A stretch of 64,000 nt of DNA from Candidatus Brocadiia bacterium (GCA_046538485.1 JBKHIT010000006.1:1-64000); one strand, 5' to 3'; positions 39,624-51,428 are shown, numbered from the stretch's first letter. The notes: generated by a model from the sequence alone, not told the origin. A program made the numbers and translations.

Positions 39624-40990
39624 GGATAGTAGTTGAGTTTGGCCCCCTCGGTGCGAAGCGTCCAGCAAGTTACATACGGTCCCCATGGCGCGGTATACAT
39701 CTCGCAATAAACCCGGTCTTTACCGATAGTATCTCCTGACCGAAGAGCGGGTGCCATATCTTTGCCCTGCATACCAGCATGGGACTCGACGCCCGCAACA
39801 GAAAGTAACGTCGGCGCCAGATCAATCGACTCGATCAGCCCCTTAACCCGCCGCCCTTGCGGCAACATTCCCGGCGCGCTGAGCAAACACGGCGTCCGCA
39901 TCATACAGTCAAAGTGATAACTACCCTTCCGGAAAAGCCCGTAATCGCCCAGCAATTCCCCGTGATCGGCTACGAAAACAAAAATGGTATTTTGCAACTC
40001 GCCCGCCTCCTCAATCGCTTCCACAACTCTCCCCACCGCGCGGTCGATGGTCTCGATCATTGCGTAATAATACGCGGTGACCGTTCGCGTCAGCTCCGGA
40101 GTAACATCGGAAAAATCAGATGCTCGCTCCGCCAAAGACTGAGGCCACTCAATCGGACAACTCTCCTGCCGCGGCAGCGGCATCTCGTCAGGCGGATAAT
40201 GGCGGGCAATTTCCGCCGGCGGATCCCACGGATGATGAGGGTCGACGAAAGAAACATGCATAAAACACGGCTGCTCGTCGTGCCGGCGCTGGAAAAATTC
40301 AACAGCGCTCTCGGCTATAAACGATGAAGGATGAAGCTCCGCCGGAATATTCACGGCGCCGGTATCCCCCAGCGGTGAACCCGGAGCGACACCGTCGAAA
40401 ACGCCTGTATCTTCTCCACCATGCTTCCACTTCCGCACATCTCGCCCCAGCGACTCATCGCGTTTCTCCAGCCAATCGATGTATTCCCCCCATAACGCGT
40501 CCTCAAAACCGACGACCTCCTGAAAACCGTAGTTCTGTCGATACGGTTCCCCGGGCATCGGTGCCTGGAAACCAGCGGGCTCCAGAAAGGGTTCGGCATT
40601 CGTAATGGGGCGATCGCTGTTCAGTTCATCTCTGGTGTACTGCTGCGGCGTCAGATGAAGCTTCCCGAACATTCCCGTCGCATACCCGGCCTGCTGAAAA
40701 AGCTGCGGCACTGTAACTTCCCAGGGATCGAGCACAGCACAGCCATTCGCCATGTTGAGGTTTTGCAGATAACGTCCCGTCAGCATGCACGCACGACTCG
40801 TTACACACACTGGCGACTGAACATAGGCCTGCTCGAATACCGTCCCCATATCGGCAATTCGATCCAGATTGGGCGTCGAAACGATGTTATTCCCGGTGAA
40901 ACCAACAGCATCCCAGCGCAGCTGATCGCACATAAACCAGACGATATTCGGCCGGGACTTTCCCGTTTCTTCATCTTTTTGTCCGGACAC
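39455..40990 (-). CDS. Sulfatase (Cys-type, no signal peptide)
   Basis: [30 protein letters not shown]. Confidence 0.93.
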   Translation of the reverse strand: MSGQKDEETGKSRPNIVWFMCDQLRWDAVGFTGNNIVSTPNLDRIADMGTVFEQAYVQSPVCVTSRACMLTGRYLQNLNMANGCAVLDPWEVTVPQLFQQAGYATGMFGKLHLTPQQYTRDELNSDRPITNAEPFLEPAGFQAPMPGEPYRQNYGFQEVVGFEDALWGEYIDWLEKRDESLGRDVRKWKHGGEDTGVFDGVAPGSPLGDTGAVNIPAELHPSSFIAESAVEFFQRRHDEQPCFMHVSFVDPHHPWDPPAEIARHYPPDEMPLPRQESCPIEWPQSLAERASDFSDVTPELTRTVTAYYYAMIETIDRAVGRVVEAIEEAGELQNTIFVFVADHGELLGDYGLFRKGSYHFDCMMRTPCLLSAPGMLPQGRRVKGLIESIDLAPTLLSVAGVESHAGMQGKDMAPALRSGDTIGKDRVYCEMYTAPWGPYVTCWTLRTEGAKLNYYPQDEVGHLFDLNEDPEEIRDLWALPAYRKLRDEMMAGLLRAQHEQADPLPRILSQY

Positions 40991-41006
40991 CGTTAATATT
41001 CCCTCC

Positions 41007-42590
41007 TTACGTCGTGTATTCCGAAAAAATCTGCTCGAGATTGTCGCGCAGAATCATTTGTTTTTCACCCACAGACAAATCGGCCTGAAGAACGGGCCCG
41101 AGTCCCCACGATATGGGCAAATCCTGCAGATCCGAACCGAACATAACGCGGTCTGCACCGGCCGCTTCGACCAGACGCTCGCAGCTCCCCGGCGTATGTA
41201 CCGGGCAGGTGCAGATCCGTAAGTTCTCATATCCCCGCGCGAGGGGCCCGTACGCCACATTGGCATGCCCGGCAATGAAACACATTTCGGTGTATTTCTC
41301 CAGCAAACCCGCCAGCCGCTCGTTGCCCCCCCAATTATGACTCAGCACAATCCATCGGCGCTCGTCGGCCCATTCGCAACATGCATCAATGACGGGACTC
41401 TCCGGCGACACGCCCTGGTAATGCAGGATCAGTTTGATGCCCCTGAGCCCCATCTCCTCACCACGTTTCAGTTCCTCCAGAACGTTCTCGCGTCCTCGGT
41501 GAGGGTTGATGCCGACGAATCCCACAAAACGTTCGGGGTACTCTGAAACGGCATCCGCCACGACGTCGTTCTCGTAACGTTCGTCGCTGTGTACGACGCT
41601 GAAACTGAACACACACGCCTTCTGTACTCCCATTCGTTCCATTTCACCAACCGTCCGCGCGACCTCGCCATCCGGAATGTGATATTCCGGCGAAAGCCCC
41701 CCGAGATGTCCGTGGCAATCAAGAAACGTCATATTATCGGGTCGATCCCCGCTCTGCGCAAAGCGACAAAACTCATCTTCTGGCTCCGGGATTTCCACAT
41801 CGGCATATTCCGGCTCGCACCAGTTGATCAATCGCCGGAGGTTATCCCCGGCGACCAGGCGTCGGTCGTCTTCGTCCAGCTCTGCCATGCTCACGGTCGC
41901 CGCCGTACATGATTGATTCAGGTAAGGCCAATTGCTCCCGAAGATCAGTCTTTCCGGACCCCAATGCTGTACCAGGTATTCAATACCACGGTAAAGCCAG
42001 TAACCACTGAGCTCAACGTGCAGGTTTTCGCACGCCTCCAGCGCTCTGTAGATTAAACGGTTTTTCCGACGGATCCGGTACTCGGTCAGTATCACGGGCA
42101 GAGATGGCCATCGGCAACAGAATTCCACAAGTTCCGGCCACGCACAGGAATCCATTGTCTTATTACGATTGTCGTTGAAATTAACAAAAACGGGCACGCC
42201 CGCCTCGGCCAGCGGTTCGATAAAAGCATCCACTGCCCAATCGGACAGAGTAAAGCCATACTGAACCGGGAAAAGAAACAGAGCACCGACCTTGTGCTTC
42301 CTCATTTCAGCAATCAGTTCCTCGGGCTCCGGCTGCTCATCGGCACTTCCGTGCGGCAACGCGGACCACGCCGGATGAAGACGGGGATGATCCGACACCT
42401 CGTCCAGAATACGCCTGTTCCCCGCCGCCGGATGATGTTCCCGGCTCAAGCAATCGATGACCAAGGCCTCCGAGATCCCGGTCCGATCCATGCTTTTCAG
42501 AAGATCCGATGGCGTGAAAGGATCATCGCTTTTGGACTTCAGATGACGTCCGGTTGTGCAAAATGCGTCGAAAAAATTGAATTTATTCAT
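41007..42590 (-). CDS. Two-domain amidohydrolase family protein
   Basis: Two TIM-barrel repeats (LIFGSNWP; DCHGH...VMFGSD); first domain lacks the HxH motif. Confidence 0.8.
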   Translation of the reverse strand: MNKFNFFDAFCTTGRHLKSKSDDPFTPSDLLKSMDRTGISEALVIDCLSREHHPAAGNRRILDEVSDHPRLHPAWSALPHGSADEQPEPEELIAEMRKHKVGALFLFPVQYGFTLSDWAVDAFIEPLAEAGVPVFVNFNDNRNKTMDSCAWPELVEFCCRWPSLPVILTEYRIRRKNRLIYRALEACENLHVELSGYWLYRGIEYLVQHWGPERLIFGSNWPYLNQSCTAATVSMAELDEDDRRLVAGDNLRRLINWCEPEYADVEIPEPEDEFCRFAQSGDRPDNMTFLDCHGHLGGLSPEYHIPDGEVARTVGEMERMGVQKACVFSFSVVHSDERYENDVVADAVSEYPERFVGFVGINPHRGRENVLEELKRGEEMGLRGIKLILHYQGVSPESPVIDACCEWADERRWIVLSHNWGGNERLAGLLEKYTEMCFIAGHANVAYGPLARGYENLRICTCPVHTPGSCERLVEAAGADRVMFGSDLQDLPISWGLGPVLQADLSVGEKQMILRDNLEQIFSEYTT

Positions 42591-42769
42591 GAGTCATCCA
42601 TTTTTTTACTGGAGATCTTTCACAAGCTTTCTGAAGCAAAAATCCGGGCAAAAAAAGGACGGATGAAGTAGAAAGAGAACGTAAAAAAACTACGTTGTTT
42701 CAGAAGAATGCACAAACTGGAATTTGACCGGCAGCCGGGGTTGAGAATGCAGAATGCCTCAAGAAGGCA

Positions 42770-44230
42770 TCACCATCGCTCATCCAGGTCCATCGGTAGC
42801 GCATCGCTCGTTTCCAGATACCACCGCATCAATCGGTCTTTCATACGTTCCAGGACATCAGCCTTATCCGGATCATCAATCATGTTTTTCGATTCCATCG
42901 GGTCGTTCACCAGGTCGTAAAGTTCGTCGGATTCCGAGAGCCGGTGAACGTATTTGTACTCCCGCATTCGGCACATGCTTGCCTTGTGCCCGCCGGGATG
43001 GTTTTCGGTGTAGACCGACTGCGCGGGCCAGTAGGGATTTTTTTCTCCGTATTTTTGCACATAATGTTCATCCCATAAAACGTCGCCCGGCAGCATACCA
43101 CCTTCGGCAAAAGCCGCATCCCGATGTTCTGTAGTCTGCCCCGAAATGACGGGCACCAGTGACCGGCCAAAATGGCGCCAGTCGGGCTCAATACCGGTCA
43201 ATTCAAAGACAGTCGCGGGAAAATCAATCAGCTCAACGATAGCATCGCTCACACCGCTATCGACCGGAACCTTCTCCGGCGGTTTGATGATAAACGGCAC
43301 CTGGATCAAATTGTCATCAAAAATCGAATAGCTTTTGTTCGGCAGATTATAGTCGCCGGTCAGGTCGCCATGATCGGAAAACATAAACACGGCCGAATCA
43401 TCGTACATATCCGCGTCTTTGAGCGCTTCCATAATCAGACCGAACTGGTGATCAACTCGCGCACACATCCCGTAGTAGACGGCGCGTAACTCGTCCAGCT
43501 GCTCCTCGGTCCAATCCATCATTCCGCATCGCTCGGCCATGATATCGATGACCGATGTTTTATTTCCTTCCGCCGGAAACGGCCGCCGCGGAGGCAACTT
43601 ATCCCTGTCAATCATGCTGTACCACGGGTCCTCAACCCTGTATGGACAGTGCGGATAACTCAGCGCGAGAAACAGACACAGGGGTTCGGAACGGTCGTAT
43701 TGTTTGATGAATTCAACCGCGTCCTCGATGTTGGCCCAATCGTTATCGCGATGGTAACCAGCTTTATCCTCTTTAAAGACCTTACCTCTCATAAAGCTGT
43801 AATAGTTCCCGCTGCCCGGCTCGCCCTGTTGGTATTCGCTTTCGGCCGGTTCAAACGGTCCTTCAACCTGGTTTTTAATATTGCACACATGCTTAAATCC
43901 GTGCTGGGCTGGGACAAGATCATTCTTACCACCCCACCAGACGAAATAACCGTTCTCTTTGAGTGTCTGCAACAAAACGGGGTCATTTTCTCTCAGCATA
44001 TAAAGCTGGGAGCGATGGCCTCGGACATGGGGGTACCACCCCGTCATAAAACTGCAGCGGCTCGGCGTACAAACCGGTAGCTGACAGGACGCATGTCGGA
44101 AACTCACGCCATCGTTCTCAACCAGCCTGTCGAGGTTCGGTGTAACCGCAGCCGGATTGCCTGCGTGACCGAGCACATCTCCGCGCCATTGATCGGGATT
44201 AAAAATAATGATGTGAGGCTTATCAGGCAT
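42770..44230 (-). CDS. Sulfatase (Cys-type, no signal peptide)
   Basis: NPDQWR, CTPSR, GKND, YPHCPY, SDHGD. Confidence 0.93.
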   Translation of the reverse strand: MPDKPHIIIFNPDQWRGDVLGHAGNPAAVTPNLDRLVENDGVSFRHASCQLPVCTPSRCSFMTGWYPHVRGHRSQLYMLRENDPVLLQTLKENGYFVWWGGKNDLVPAQHGFKHVCNIKNQVEGPFEPAESEYQQGEPGSGNYYSFMRGKVFKEDKAGYHRDNDWANIEDAVEFIKQYDRSEPLCLFLALSYPHCPYRVEDPWYSMIDRDKLPPRRPFPAEGNKTSVIDIMAERCGMMDWTEEQLDELRAVYYGMCARVDHQFGLIMEALKDADMYDDSAVFMFSDHGDLTGDYNLPNKSYSIFDDNLIQVPFIIKPPEKVPVDSGVSDAIVELIDFPATVFELTGIEPDWRHFGRSLVPVISGQTTEHRDAAFAEGGMLPGDVLWDEHYVQKYGEKNPYWPAQSVYTENHPGGHKASMCRMREYKYVHRLSESDELYDLVNDPMESKNMIDDPDKADVLERMKDRLMRWYLETSDALPMDLDERW

Positions 44231-44287
44231 ATTCCACCTCCGATCAGATGATTTTGTATCGGAATTTGATTTTGAGTTCAGATTGTA

Positions 44288-45589
44288 TCAGCAGGACACC
44301 CTGGGCGCCACCTCGGAACAAACTCCGTTTATGGCCTCCGCCACTCGATGACAATCGTTTTCGGTCCACCACTGGTTCACATCGACGAAAATAGCGCGCG
44401 ACATCAGATCCATGGTGCGCGGACACATATCGGGCGAGTAGTCGGGCAGTTTGCCCTCGTAATAGGGGCATGTGAACGGACACCCCTCCTCGGTCGTCGT
44501 CTTCTGCTTCATGATGTGTTCCCAGTACGCATAAATGTGCCAGTCACGGGCCGTTTTGGATCCGCGGCCACCAGCACTAACACCTTCCTCTTTCAAAGCC
44601 TTGATGATTTCGCCGGATTGCTCCGGCGTATCTCCATAGAGGACAAGTTTGTATCCGACGTCGCCTTCAATGTCGTTTGACGGGCGGCGTCGAACAGTTT
44701 CGAATTCGTCAAAGTGTTGCACGACTTCCTGCATGTTTCGATTGTATCGTCTGGCCTGATCTTCCGTCTTCTGGAGCTGAACGTAATTGATTGCCCCTTC
44801 CAATTCGGACATCCGGTAGTTCTGCCCACAGAACAGCTCCCCCGGCTCTCGCTCGACGGCATACCGATCTGGCCTCCAGCAGGCCGCCGTATCGTGCTGA
44901 TTCTGAGCGCGCGTGTACAACCACTCATCGTCCGTCAGCACCAGCCCCGCCTCCCCCGCGCCGGTGATTTTGTACGAACTGAGGCTGAAACATCCCATGG
45001 TTCCGATGGATCCCGTGAACTGGCCATTGTATTTCCCGCCGCATGCCTGCGCGTTATCCTCGATCAGGGCCAGATCGTGCATCTCCGCCAGCGCTGTCAG
45101 CGAATCCATATCGCAGACGTTACCGGACATGTGGACGCAGATGATGGCTTTTGTCCGTGGCGTGATTTTGGCTTCAACATCTTCAGGATCAATGCAAAGC
45201 GTTTCGTCCACTTCGGCGATAATCGGGATAGCTTTTGTAGTCACGACCGCCGCAACCGTCGCGAAAAAAGTGTAAGCAGGCACGATCACCTCATCCCCGG
45301 GCCCGATACTGCACGCCGCATAAGCCGTATTCAGAGCTGAGGTCCCGGAATTCACACCCAGAGCATACTCGACTCCAAAAAGTTTCTTCGCATAATCCTC
45401 GAGCATTTTTACACGCGATGGATTCGGATTGTAATAACGCGTCAGATGCGGCACCGATACATCTTTTTCCTGCGACACGATATCTCGCAGAGACTCAAGC
45501 GTGGAATCACTGTAGTCAAACAGCTCCGCAAGAGCCATGAACTCATCCACTGCACCATTTCGTGGAGCTCGTCCTTCATACTCAACCAT
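44288..45589 (-). CDS. DegT/DnrJ/EryC1/StrS PLP-dependent aminotransferase
   Basis: NSGTSAL, GPGDEVIVP, IEDNAQA, SSYKITGAGEAG, NYRMSE. Confidence 0.92.
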   Translation of the reverse strand: MVEYEGRAPRNGAVDEFMALAELFDYSDSTLESLRDIVSQEKDVSVPHLTRYYNPNPSRVKMLEDYAKKLFGVEYALGVNSGTSALNTAYAACSIGPGDEVIVPAYTFFATVAAVVTTKAIPIIAEVDETLCIDPEDVEAKITPRTKAIICVHMSGNVCDMDSLTALAEMHDLALIEDNAQACGGKYNGQFTGSIGTMGCFSLSSYKITGAGEAGLVLTDDEWLYTRAQNQHDTAACWRPDRYAVEREPGELFCGQNYRMSELEGAINYVQLQKTEDQARRYNRNMQEVVQHFDEFETVRRRPSNDIEGDVGYKLVLYGDTPEQSGEIIKALKEEGVSAGGRGSKTARDWHIYAYWEHIMKQKTTTEEGCPFTCPYYEGKLPDYSPDMCPRTMDLMSRAIFVDVNQWWTENDCHRVAEAINGVCSEVAPRVSC

Positions 45590-45739
45590 TGGCCTTTACC
45601 TTCCTGTTGAGGGAAAACGTGATTCCCGATTTCCAACTTCATGCATTAACCAGCGCATATGAATATGATATACGCTTGTTAAAGGCGATAGAATAGGCTA
45701 TCCTGCAAAAAGCATACATATTCCTGCAAAGGATTAATT

Positions 45740-46615
45740 ATGGGAATTGGCGGAAAGGCTCCCGACGCAGAACGATCATCGGATGCAACACTGCTGAAAG
45801 CGTACACGGGCCGAACCTATTTCTCCTCAACGCGCTGGAACCGTTGCGAAGCTTCTCAGTGGGTCCTCGATTACCTTAACAGCGGTGAGCAACGCCAGTC
45901 CGTCGGCGAAAGGCTCCCTTTTCAACGCCTCGCGGGCATCGCCGCGCTCTACGAGCCAGGAACGCGCTACCGTGAATACCAGGAAAAGGGAAAATTCGTT
46001 GACGAATCGTATATCACATTCCACCTTTATGGAACTCGCGCCGAAGCATTCCATCGCTTAACGGGTCCGGAAGGCTGGGCTCACGTGCGCGATCCCCATT
46101 CCGCCATCGACAACCTCCTCCGGCGATTGGGGGAGGTCATATTCTATCGCGGCCCCGGACATACATTGGAAGCGCAGGGCATTTTTTTGGAATTGTTGGG
46201 GATACTGGAAGGCAGTTTGAGAATCGAACCGCATCTACGCAAGGTCCGCGCGAGGGAAAAAAGTCAAAACGAAGAGGGGATTGTCGCGGTCACGGAGCGT
46301 TACATCCGAAACCACATTGACGGACCTATTGAAGTGGAAGAGCTTGCTGACGAAGTCGGCATGGGACATTCAACGTTCGCCCACAAATATCCGGCCGTCT
46401 GCGGCGAAACTCCGTACCAGACCGTGCTCCGTTTGAAGATCGAAACCGCAAAACGGCTTCTCTTGTGGGAAGATCTGTCGGTAAAAGAAGTCGCCGCCCG
46501 GACGGGTTTCTCCTCCCCTTTCCACCTCTCCCGGGTTTTCAAGCGGCTGGAAGGGTTTCCACCGTCAAAATGGGGGCAACAGCTCACCGAGAAAGGGAAA
46601 CTTGTTTCGGGCTGA
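45740..46615 (+). CDS. AraC-family transcriptional regulator
   Basis: C-terminal double HTH (VAARTGFSSPFHLSRVFKR); divergent from the DegT operon. Confidence 0.9.
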   Translation: MGIGGKAPDAERSSDATLLKAYTGRTYFSSTRWNRCEASQWVLDYLNSGEQRQSVGERLPFQRLAGIAALYEPGTRYREYQEKGKFVDESYITFHLYGTRAEAFHRLTGPEGWAHVRDPHSAIDNLLRRLGEVIFYRGPGHTLEAQGIFLELLGILEGSLRIEPHLRKVRAREKSQNEEGIVAVTERYIRNHIDGPIEVEELADEVGMGHSTFAHKYPAVCGETPYQTVLRLKIETAKRLLLWEDLSVKEVAARTGFSSPFHLSRVFKRLEGFPPSKWGQQLTEKGKLVSG

Positions 46616-46657
46616 CTCTATAACCCCACGGGGATACAAAGCCGAATCGGCCCTCTG

Positions 46658-47230
46658 TCAAGTCAGGCTGTGTCTTTCAACAGCCTCGGCCGGGATTTCC
46701 CTGGCCACGTAGATTTCCGCACTTGCCTGTTGAATCTCAACACCGCGCTCCGCGGCAGCCTCACAGTCAATTCTGAGAATCACCGGTTCGGCACAGTGCC
46801 GCCGCCCCACATCGCAGGCACCTTCAACAGTTGAAGAAAGATGCACCTTCTGACGCCCCCGGGGTTTGAGACCTTCCGCCAAAATACGCCTGCCAGCCTT
46901 TTCGGTCGTCCCGTGATAAAGAACATCCGGAGAGTCGTCCACAGGCAGCGATGGCTCAACATCAATCGAATGACCGTATACCGCTCGAATCTTGTTACCG
47001 GACAGTTCATATCGTCCTTTTGAATCCGCCTGTACTACGTCCTTAACGTAGCCCTCATCGACCTTAAATCCACGGGCCTCCAACTTCTCGATCAGATCGT
47101 TCAACGACACAAAACCTTCTCCATCCATCTCCATACCTTCTGGATCGTGACGGAGAAGATAGGCCATGGTTTTGCTGACCTTTGTTTTCCGATCGCAGGG
47201 CAAAATGTGCTCCTCAGCAGGTTCGATCAA
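46658..47230 (-). CDS. kptA: RNA 2'-phosphotransferase (Tpt1/KptA)
   Basis: LLRHDP, KGRY, IRAVYGHS, LYHGT, RQKVHLS; start uncertain. Confidence 0.92.
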   Translation of the reverse strand: MIEPAEEHILPCDRKTKVSKTMAYLLRHDPEGMEMDGEGFVSLNDLIEKLEARGFKVDEGYVKDVVQADSKGRYELSGNKIRAVYGHSIDVEPSLPVDDSPDVLYHGTTEKAGRRILAEGLKPRGRQKVHLSSTVEGACDVGRRHCAEPVILRIDCEAAAERGVEIQQASAEIYVAREIPAEAVERHSLT

Positions 47231-48314
47231 TCAGATCCTCTGTTCTGGCAATCGCTACTTCGACACTCCCGCGGATCGTGGTTGTAAAAACGACATAGCG
47301 ATCATTGCAGCAAAAACGTGGGTGGGGATCGATATGATATTCCGATCCGGTCATACCTTTCATCTCGGGATTTTGCACGAGTTCAAGATACTGACCGGTG
47401 GATCGATTGAGAAAACCGACGGTCGACGGGCAACCCCGGTAAAACTTTTCATTGGAATCGGCCACAATGTAGTTCGCCTCCCGGCTGGAATATGCATGCC
47501 AGCAATGGGACGGCCAGGATATCTTCTCCACCTTCCGCGTCTCAATATCGGTGCGCCACGCTTCTTCCCCCCGCACGCACCAGATGTGTCGGCCATCCGC
47601 ATCCCACCATTCGTGCGACACCCGCGTCGGCTCCTCGAAAACGGGTTGTGCTTTCTGCCCGCGCTGAATCAGCCACATCCGATTTTCGATCCCGAAACGC
47701 AGGCCGGTAATCGGATCGCGATGATTTTCTTCCGCAAACAGCACACGATCCGGATCGGTCGGGCTGAATTGGGCGTGGTTGTGATTGCGATCGAACCGTT
47801 GCCACCGGCAAAAATCTCCGCCGTCAACCGGCAATGTGCCGAAGACATATTTCAATCCAATGTTCGCATCGATGAAAAATTCTCGATCATCGGCCGAACG
47901 CGTCAGGTGCGTCGCAAAACGATGTACAGTCCTCTCCCCTATCAGATCTTCCGGTAGAGAATTCACGGCTTCAGTATGGTCATTCTCTCCCGGTCCGCGC
48001 CGCCAGAGTGTATCGCGAGCTCCCCAGTAACAGACGGCCGTCTCGGGATCAACGTATGGAGAGGCCCCGCTGAACTGAGTCTCCGGGAAATGCCGGATCT
48101 CGTCGCTCTCGAAATCAACCACTCCGAGCGTCTTCCCCGGCGAAGGCGGAAACGCGCAGTAAAACCAGAGGTGCCGGGCATCCGACGACATGCCGCTGTT
48201 CACAAAATAGAAACTCTGCTGAAGCGGGGCCACTTTCTCGTCGAGAATATAGAGTGTGACATCGTCCTCGGAAGACTCAACGGACGTAAAAAGATGAGAT
48301 TTCTCCAGTTGCAT
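47214..48314 (-). CDS. Oligogalacturonate-lyase-like beta-propeller protein
   Basis: FYFVNSG, HAQFSPTDP, SHEWW, HPRF motifs. Confidence 0.6.
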   Translation of the reverse strand: MQLEKSHLFTSVESSEDDVTLYILDEKVAPLQQSFYFVNSGMSSDARHLWFYCAFPPSPGKTLGVVDFESDEIRHFPETQFSGASPYVDPETAVCYWGARDTLWRRGPGENDHTEAVNSLPEDLIGERTVHRFATHLTRSADDREFFIDANIGLKYVFGTLPVDGGDFCRWQRFDRNHNHAQFSPTDPDRVLFAEENHRDPITGLRFGIENRMWLIQRGQKAQPVFEEPTRVSHEWWDADGRHIWCVRGEEAWRTDIETRKVEKISWPSHCWHAYSSREANYIVADSNEKFYRGCPSTVGFLNRSTGQYLELVQNPEMKGMTGSEYHIDPHPRFCCNDRYVVFTTTIRGSVEVAIARTEDLIDRTC

Positions 48315-48439
48315 GGCTCAATCCCTGCTAAGAAAGTCAAAGGGATCGCTATTGTAACGGGCGGCATGCACCGGACAAAATGACGGGCAGGAAACCGGGT
48401 GACTGCAAATTCACTCTGGCCAAGAACACGGAGGTACCA

Positions 48440-48466
48440 AAGAGACCTGAGGGATAGAAGGGACTA
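48440..48466 (+). repeat. Degenerate 9-bp tandem repeat x3 (AAGGGACNN)
   Basis: AAGAGACCT GAGGGATAG AAGGGACTA. Confidence 0.4.
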
Positions 48467-48489
48467 TTGATTTTCGGACTTGAACCGGA

Positions 48490-49443
48490 TCAGTAATCGG
48501 AGCCCTTGAAGGACCAGCAGTACCAGTAGAGGGAATTGAGCCAGAAAATTGGCACGTTGAACTCGTCGTGGGGAGAAACGACGCTGTTATCCACCCGCAG
48601 AAAATTAAAATCGGGGAACGGTTCCTGCGGTTTCACCCCGTATATCCTCCAGGAAGCCGTATCGCGGATTCCGGGTTTGCGGCTCCAGCCCCCCGGTCCA
48701 CCCGCCCAATCATCGCGGAAATGGTAACCCCGAAAATAGCCCAGTTTCTCGATCGGCCAGCCCGTCACATTGTTGGCTTTGTTGAAAAACTGCAGGTAGT
48801 CGCCCGCAAGAGACATCCGCGGGTCGGCGGTGTGGGCGCGGTGGGGCACGCATTTGCCCCAGGCTTCCCGGTGCTCGTATTTCCCGTTCGCCACCCATCG
48901 CGATTCCACTCCGGTGTAACCGAAGGGGTCCTCGGCCGCCACACCGTTCCGCTGACCGCCGCCGACGTATCCCGCAAAGACGTCGTAGCCGGTCATTTCA
49001 TACCAGTATTTCCCGTTTGTGTCCCAGTGGTTTCGGCCGGTAGTATCCCCCCATCCTCCGCCGTTCTGCCAGTAATCAAGAGTTTCGTCGACGAGCGGAC
49101 AACTGACCGCGGTCGGAGAAATGTAGGGTTCGATCATATCGTGGTCGTCGTAATAGGGGTTGTGAAGCTGCCCCCAGCACCAGGGTTTTCGCCCGTCGTC
49201 GTATCGCGCCGGATACCACCCGTTCCAATCATTCGTATAAAGGGCGAAAGACGTCCCGAGATGATGAAGATTGTTCTTACAAGCCGTCACCCTGGCGGCG
49301 TAACGGGCCGATTCCAACGCCGGCATCAACATGGCCGCGAGTATAGCGATGATCGCGATGACGACCAGAAGTTCGATAAGCGTGAACCCAACGCGCAACG
49401 CAACCTTCTTGCTCCCGGCTCTGTCGCAATCGTCCGATCTCAT
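48490..49443 (-). CDS. Prepilin-type N-terminal cleavage/methylation (DUF1559-like) protein
   Basis: [34 protein letters not shown] motif, NFLRVDNSV. Confidence 0.88.
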   Translation of the reverse strand: MRSDDCDRAGSKKVALRVGFTLIELLVVIAIIAILAAMLMPALESARYAARVTACKNNLHHLGTSFALYTNDWNGWYPARYDDGRKPWCWGQLHNPYYDDHDMIEPYISPTAVSCPLVDETLDYWQNGGGWGDTTGRNHWDTNGKYWYEMTGYDVFAGYVGGGQRNGVAAEDPFGYTGVESRWVANGKYEHREAWGKCVPHRAHTADPRMSLAGDYLQFFNKANNVTGWPIEKLGYFRGYHFRDDWAGGPGGWSRKPGIRDTASWRIYGVKPQEPFPDFNFLRVDNSVVSPHDEFNVPIFWLNSLYWYCWSFKGSDY

Positions 49444-50252
49444 TTGAGGTCCTCCAGGTAAGGATCATATTTGTCCCAGCTGGCAATGTGGTCCGTCGTC
49501 GGCCAGTCAAGACTGAAATTATTGGGCAACCAGCAGGCGGACCCACCGTGAGTAATGACATTGCCTCCGTCGTAATGCGCCCACATGCGCTGGCCCGTCT
49601 TCCAGGTCTGCGGCTGGGTTTTTGTCCTCGGGAGCCCGGTGCTTTTGCTAACAGAATAAGCAGCGGTATCGATAAAAAGCAGTTTCCTGGTGCGGTCGGA
49701 TTTCGCGAAGACAAACGGCTTCCATCTACAGTTGCTGCTCCAGTGCCATCCGATATCGAGGTTATTGTAGCGATATCCGTAACTTGTGGCTCCTCCCCAG
49801 TATTGATCCCACGCCCCATGCATAGGGATGTCCATGGAAGGACATTTAAATACTTCAACCGACGCATACTTTTGTTTGAGAAACGTATGGACCCCGGTCG
49901 GGTTCGGGGGGCTTGCACCGGCCGGGTAACTGCGCAAACTCCACTGACTGCCTGACCTGCCGTTGTGCCAAACGATGTCCACCGCCCGGGGGAGAAGACC
50001 ATCGTGGTCATGGTAATACGTGCTCGCACCGAAATAGATCTGTCGCAGATTCGAGAGGCAGCTGACACGGCGGGCGCTCTCCCGCGCCCGTTCCAGGGCA
50101 GGCATTAACATACCCGCCAGAATAGCGATAATAGCAATAACCACCAACAGTTCTATCAGTGTGAATGCAGCCCCCGCCCGCTTGACCACTCTATCCAACC
50201 CCGCGCTAAAGCACCAGCGCAGCCTATTTTGAGACGTCCGGTTTCGCGCCAT
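49440..50252 (-). CDS. Prepilin-type N-terminal cleavage/methylation (DUF1559-like) protein
   Basis: [51 protein letters not shown]. Confidence 0.9.
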   Translation of the reverse strand: MARNRTSQNRLRWCFSAGLDRVVKRAGAAFTLIELLVVIAIIAILAGMLMPALERARESARRVSCLSNLRQIYFGASTYYHDHDGLLPRAVDIVWHNGRSGSQWSLRSYPAGASPPNPTGVHTFLKQKYASVEVFKCPSMDIPMHGAWDQYWGGATSYGYRYNNLDIGWHWSSNCRWKPFVFAKSDRTRKLLFIDTAAYSVSKSTGLPRTKTQPQTWKTGQRMWAHYDGGNVITHGGSACWLPNNFSLDWPTTDHIASWDKYDPYLEDLK

Positions 50253-50280
50253 TTCTGAATTACCTCCCCTGTGGAAACAC

Positions 50281-51354
50281 TCACCTCACCACCAGCTTCG
50301 GCCTGACGTAATCCAAACTTCCCCCTGGCTCGTCTTCCAGAAGCGCCTTTCTGAGAGCCCGCCCCCCCCGCTCAGCAAGCCCTTCCAGATTCAAATCTAC
50401 CGAAGTAAACGGCGGTTCTCCCGCCCGGCTCCAGGGAGTATTGTAGTACCCGATAAATTCAACCTCATTTACCCGATCAGGACATTCCCTTCTCAGGAGC
50501 CGCTGGACAGCAAAGGATTCCACATCCATCAGACCGAAAACAGCAGTGGGAAAATCAGTTTCGCCTTCAAAATGCGACAACAAATTACCGTTATCAAAAA
50601 TCGGCATCTCGTCCTTCCATCCTTCCGAGGCGATAACGCTACAATCGCCACCGCGCTTTTGCCACTCCCTCATGAACATCCGCCCGTGCTCGAACCCCCC
50701 ACCTTCCTTTTCGATCTGCTCCATCCTCGGCACCACAATCAGAACTTTCCGGTGACCCCGTAACTCAAGATGATCTGCCACCATCTCTCCCCCCGCACTG
50801 AAATCAGAAAGGACCCGTACCAGATTCTCCATCTCCGGTCCCCGCCATTCAACAATCCCCACAATCGTTTTTTCACGAAACAAAGGCGACTGAAGTTTTT
50901 CGAAAGGAAGTCCCCGGCGCCCATGCAGCACAAACGCCGCCGTATCGCTTCGCGCCAGCCCGGTGAGACGTTCTCTCCCCTCGGGCGTGCTCGCATCGAA
51001 TATGATGGGCGGGAGTCCGACGCGACTGAGTTCCCGCGCCAGAAGAAGTTCCAGTTCTCCCCAGACGTGAGCCCGCGTTCCAAGCCCCAATGCTACCGTC
51101 TCGCCAAGACTCAACGCCGATGAAGCATCGGCTACAAACGTCCCCGCACCGTTCTTCTTGATGACGTACCCCTGTTCTTCCAGCTCTTCCAATGCCTGAT
51201 GCACGGGAGAGATACTCGTATCAAAACGCTCCGCCAGCTCCCGGATCGACGGCAACTGCTTCCCCACCGCCAACTCCCCTGCCGTAATCTCCTCGATCAG
51301 CATGTCCCGAATGTACTGCTTCATGCTGCTCCGCACGACCCGAACAATACCCAT
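50281..51354 (-). CDS. GntR-HTH + LacI-type sensor transcriptional regulator
   Basis: [12 protein letters not shown]...[26 protein letters not shown]. Confidence 0.9.
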   Translation of the reverse strand: MGIVRVVRSSMKQYIRDMLIEEITAGELAVGKQLPSIRELAERFDTSISPVHQALEELEEQGYVIKKNGAGTFVADASSALSLGETVALGLGTRAHVWGELELLLARELSRVGLPPIIFDASTPEGRERLTGLARSDTAAFVLHGRRGLPFEKLQSPLFREKTIVGIVEWRGPEMENLVRVLSDFSAGGEMVADHLELRGHRKVLIVVPRMEQIEKEGGGFEHGRMFMREWQKRGGDCSVIASEGWKDEMPIFDNGNLLSHFEGETDFPTAVFGLMDVESFAVQRLLRRECPDRVNEVEFIGYYNTPWSRAGEPPFTSVDLNLEGLAERGGRALRKALLEDEPGGSLDYVRPKLVVR

Positions 51355-51399
51355 AAACGCCCCTCCTTCCGACCCTTTGTGCGTTGTTCTTATAGTTCA

Positions 51400-51428
51400 A
51401 AGGTAACGTTTTAACCGCCGTTTGTCAA
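51400..51428 (-). promoter_or_regulatory. Possible sigma70 promoter for the GntR-prepilin operon
   Basis: Minus strand TTGACA-17 nt-TACCTT. Confidence 0.45.
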
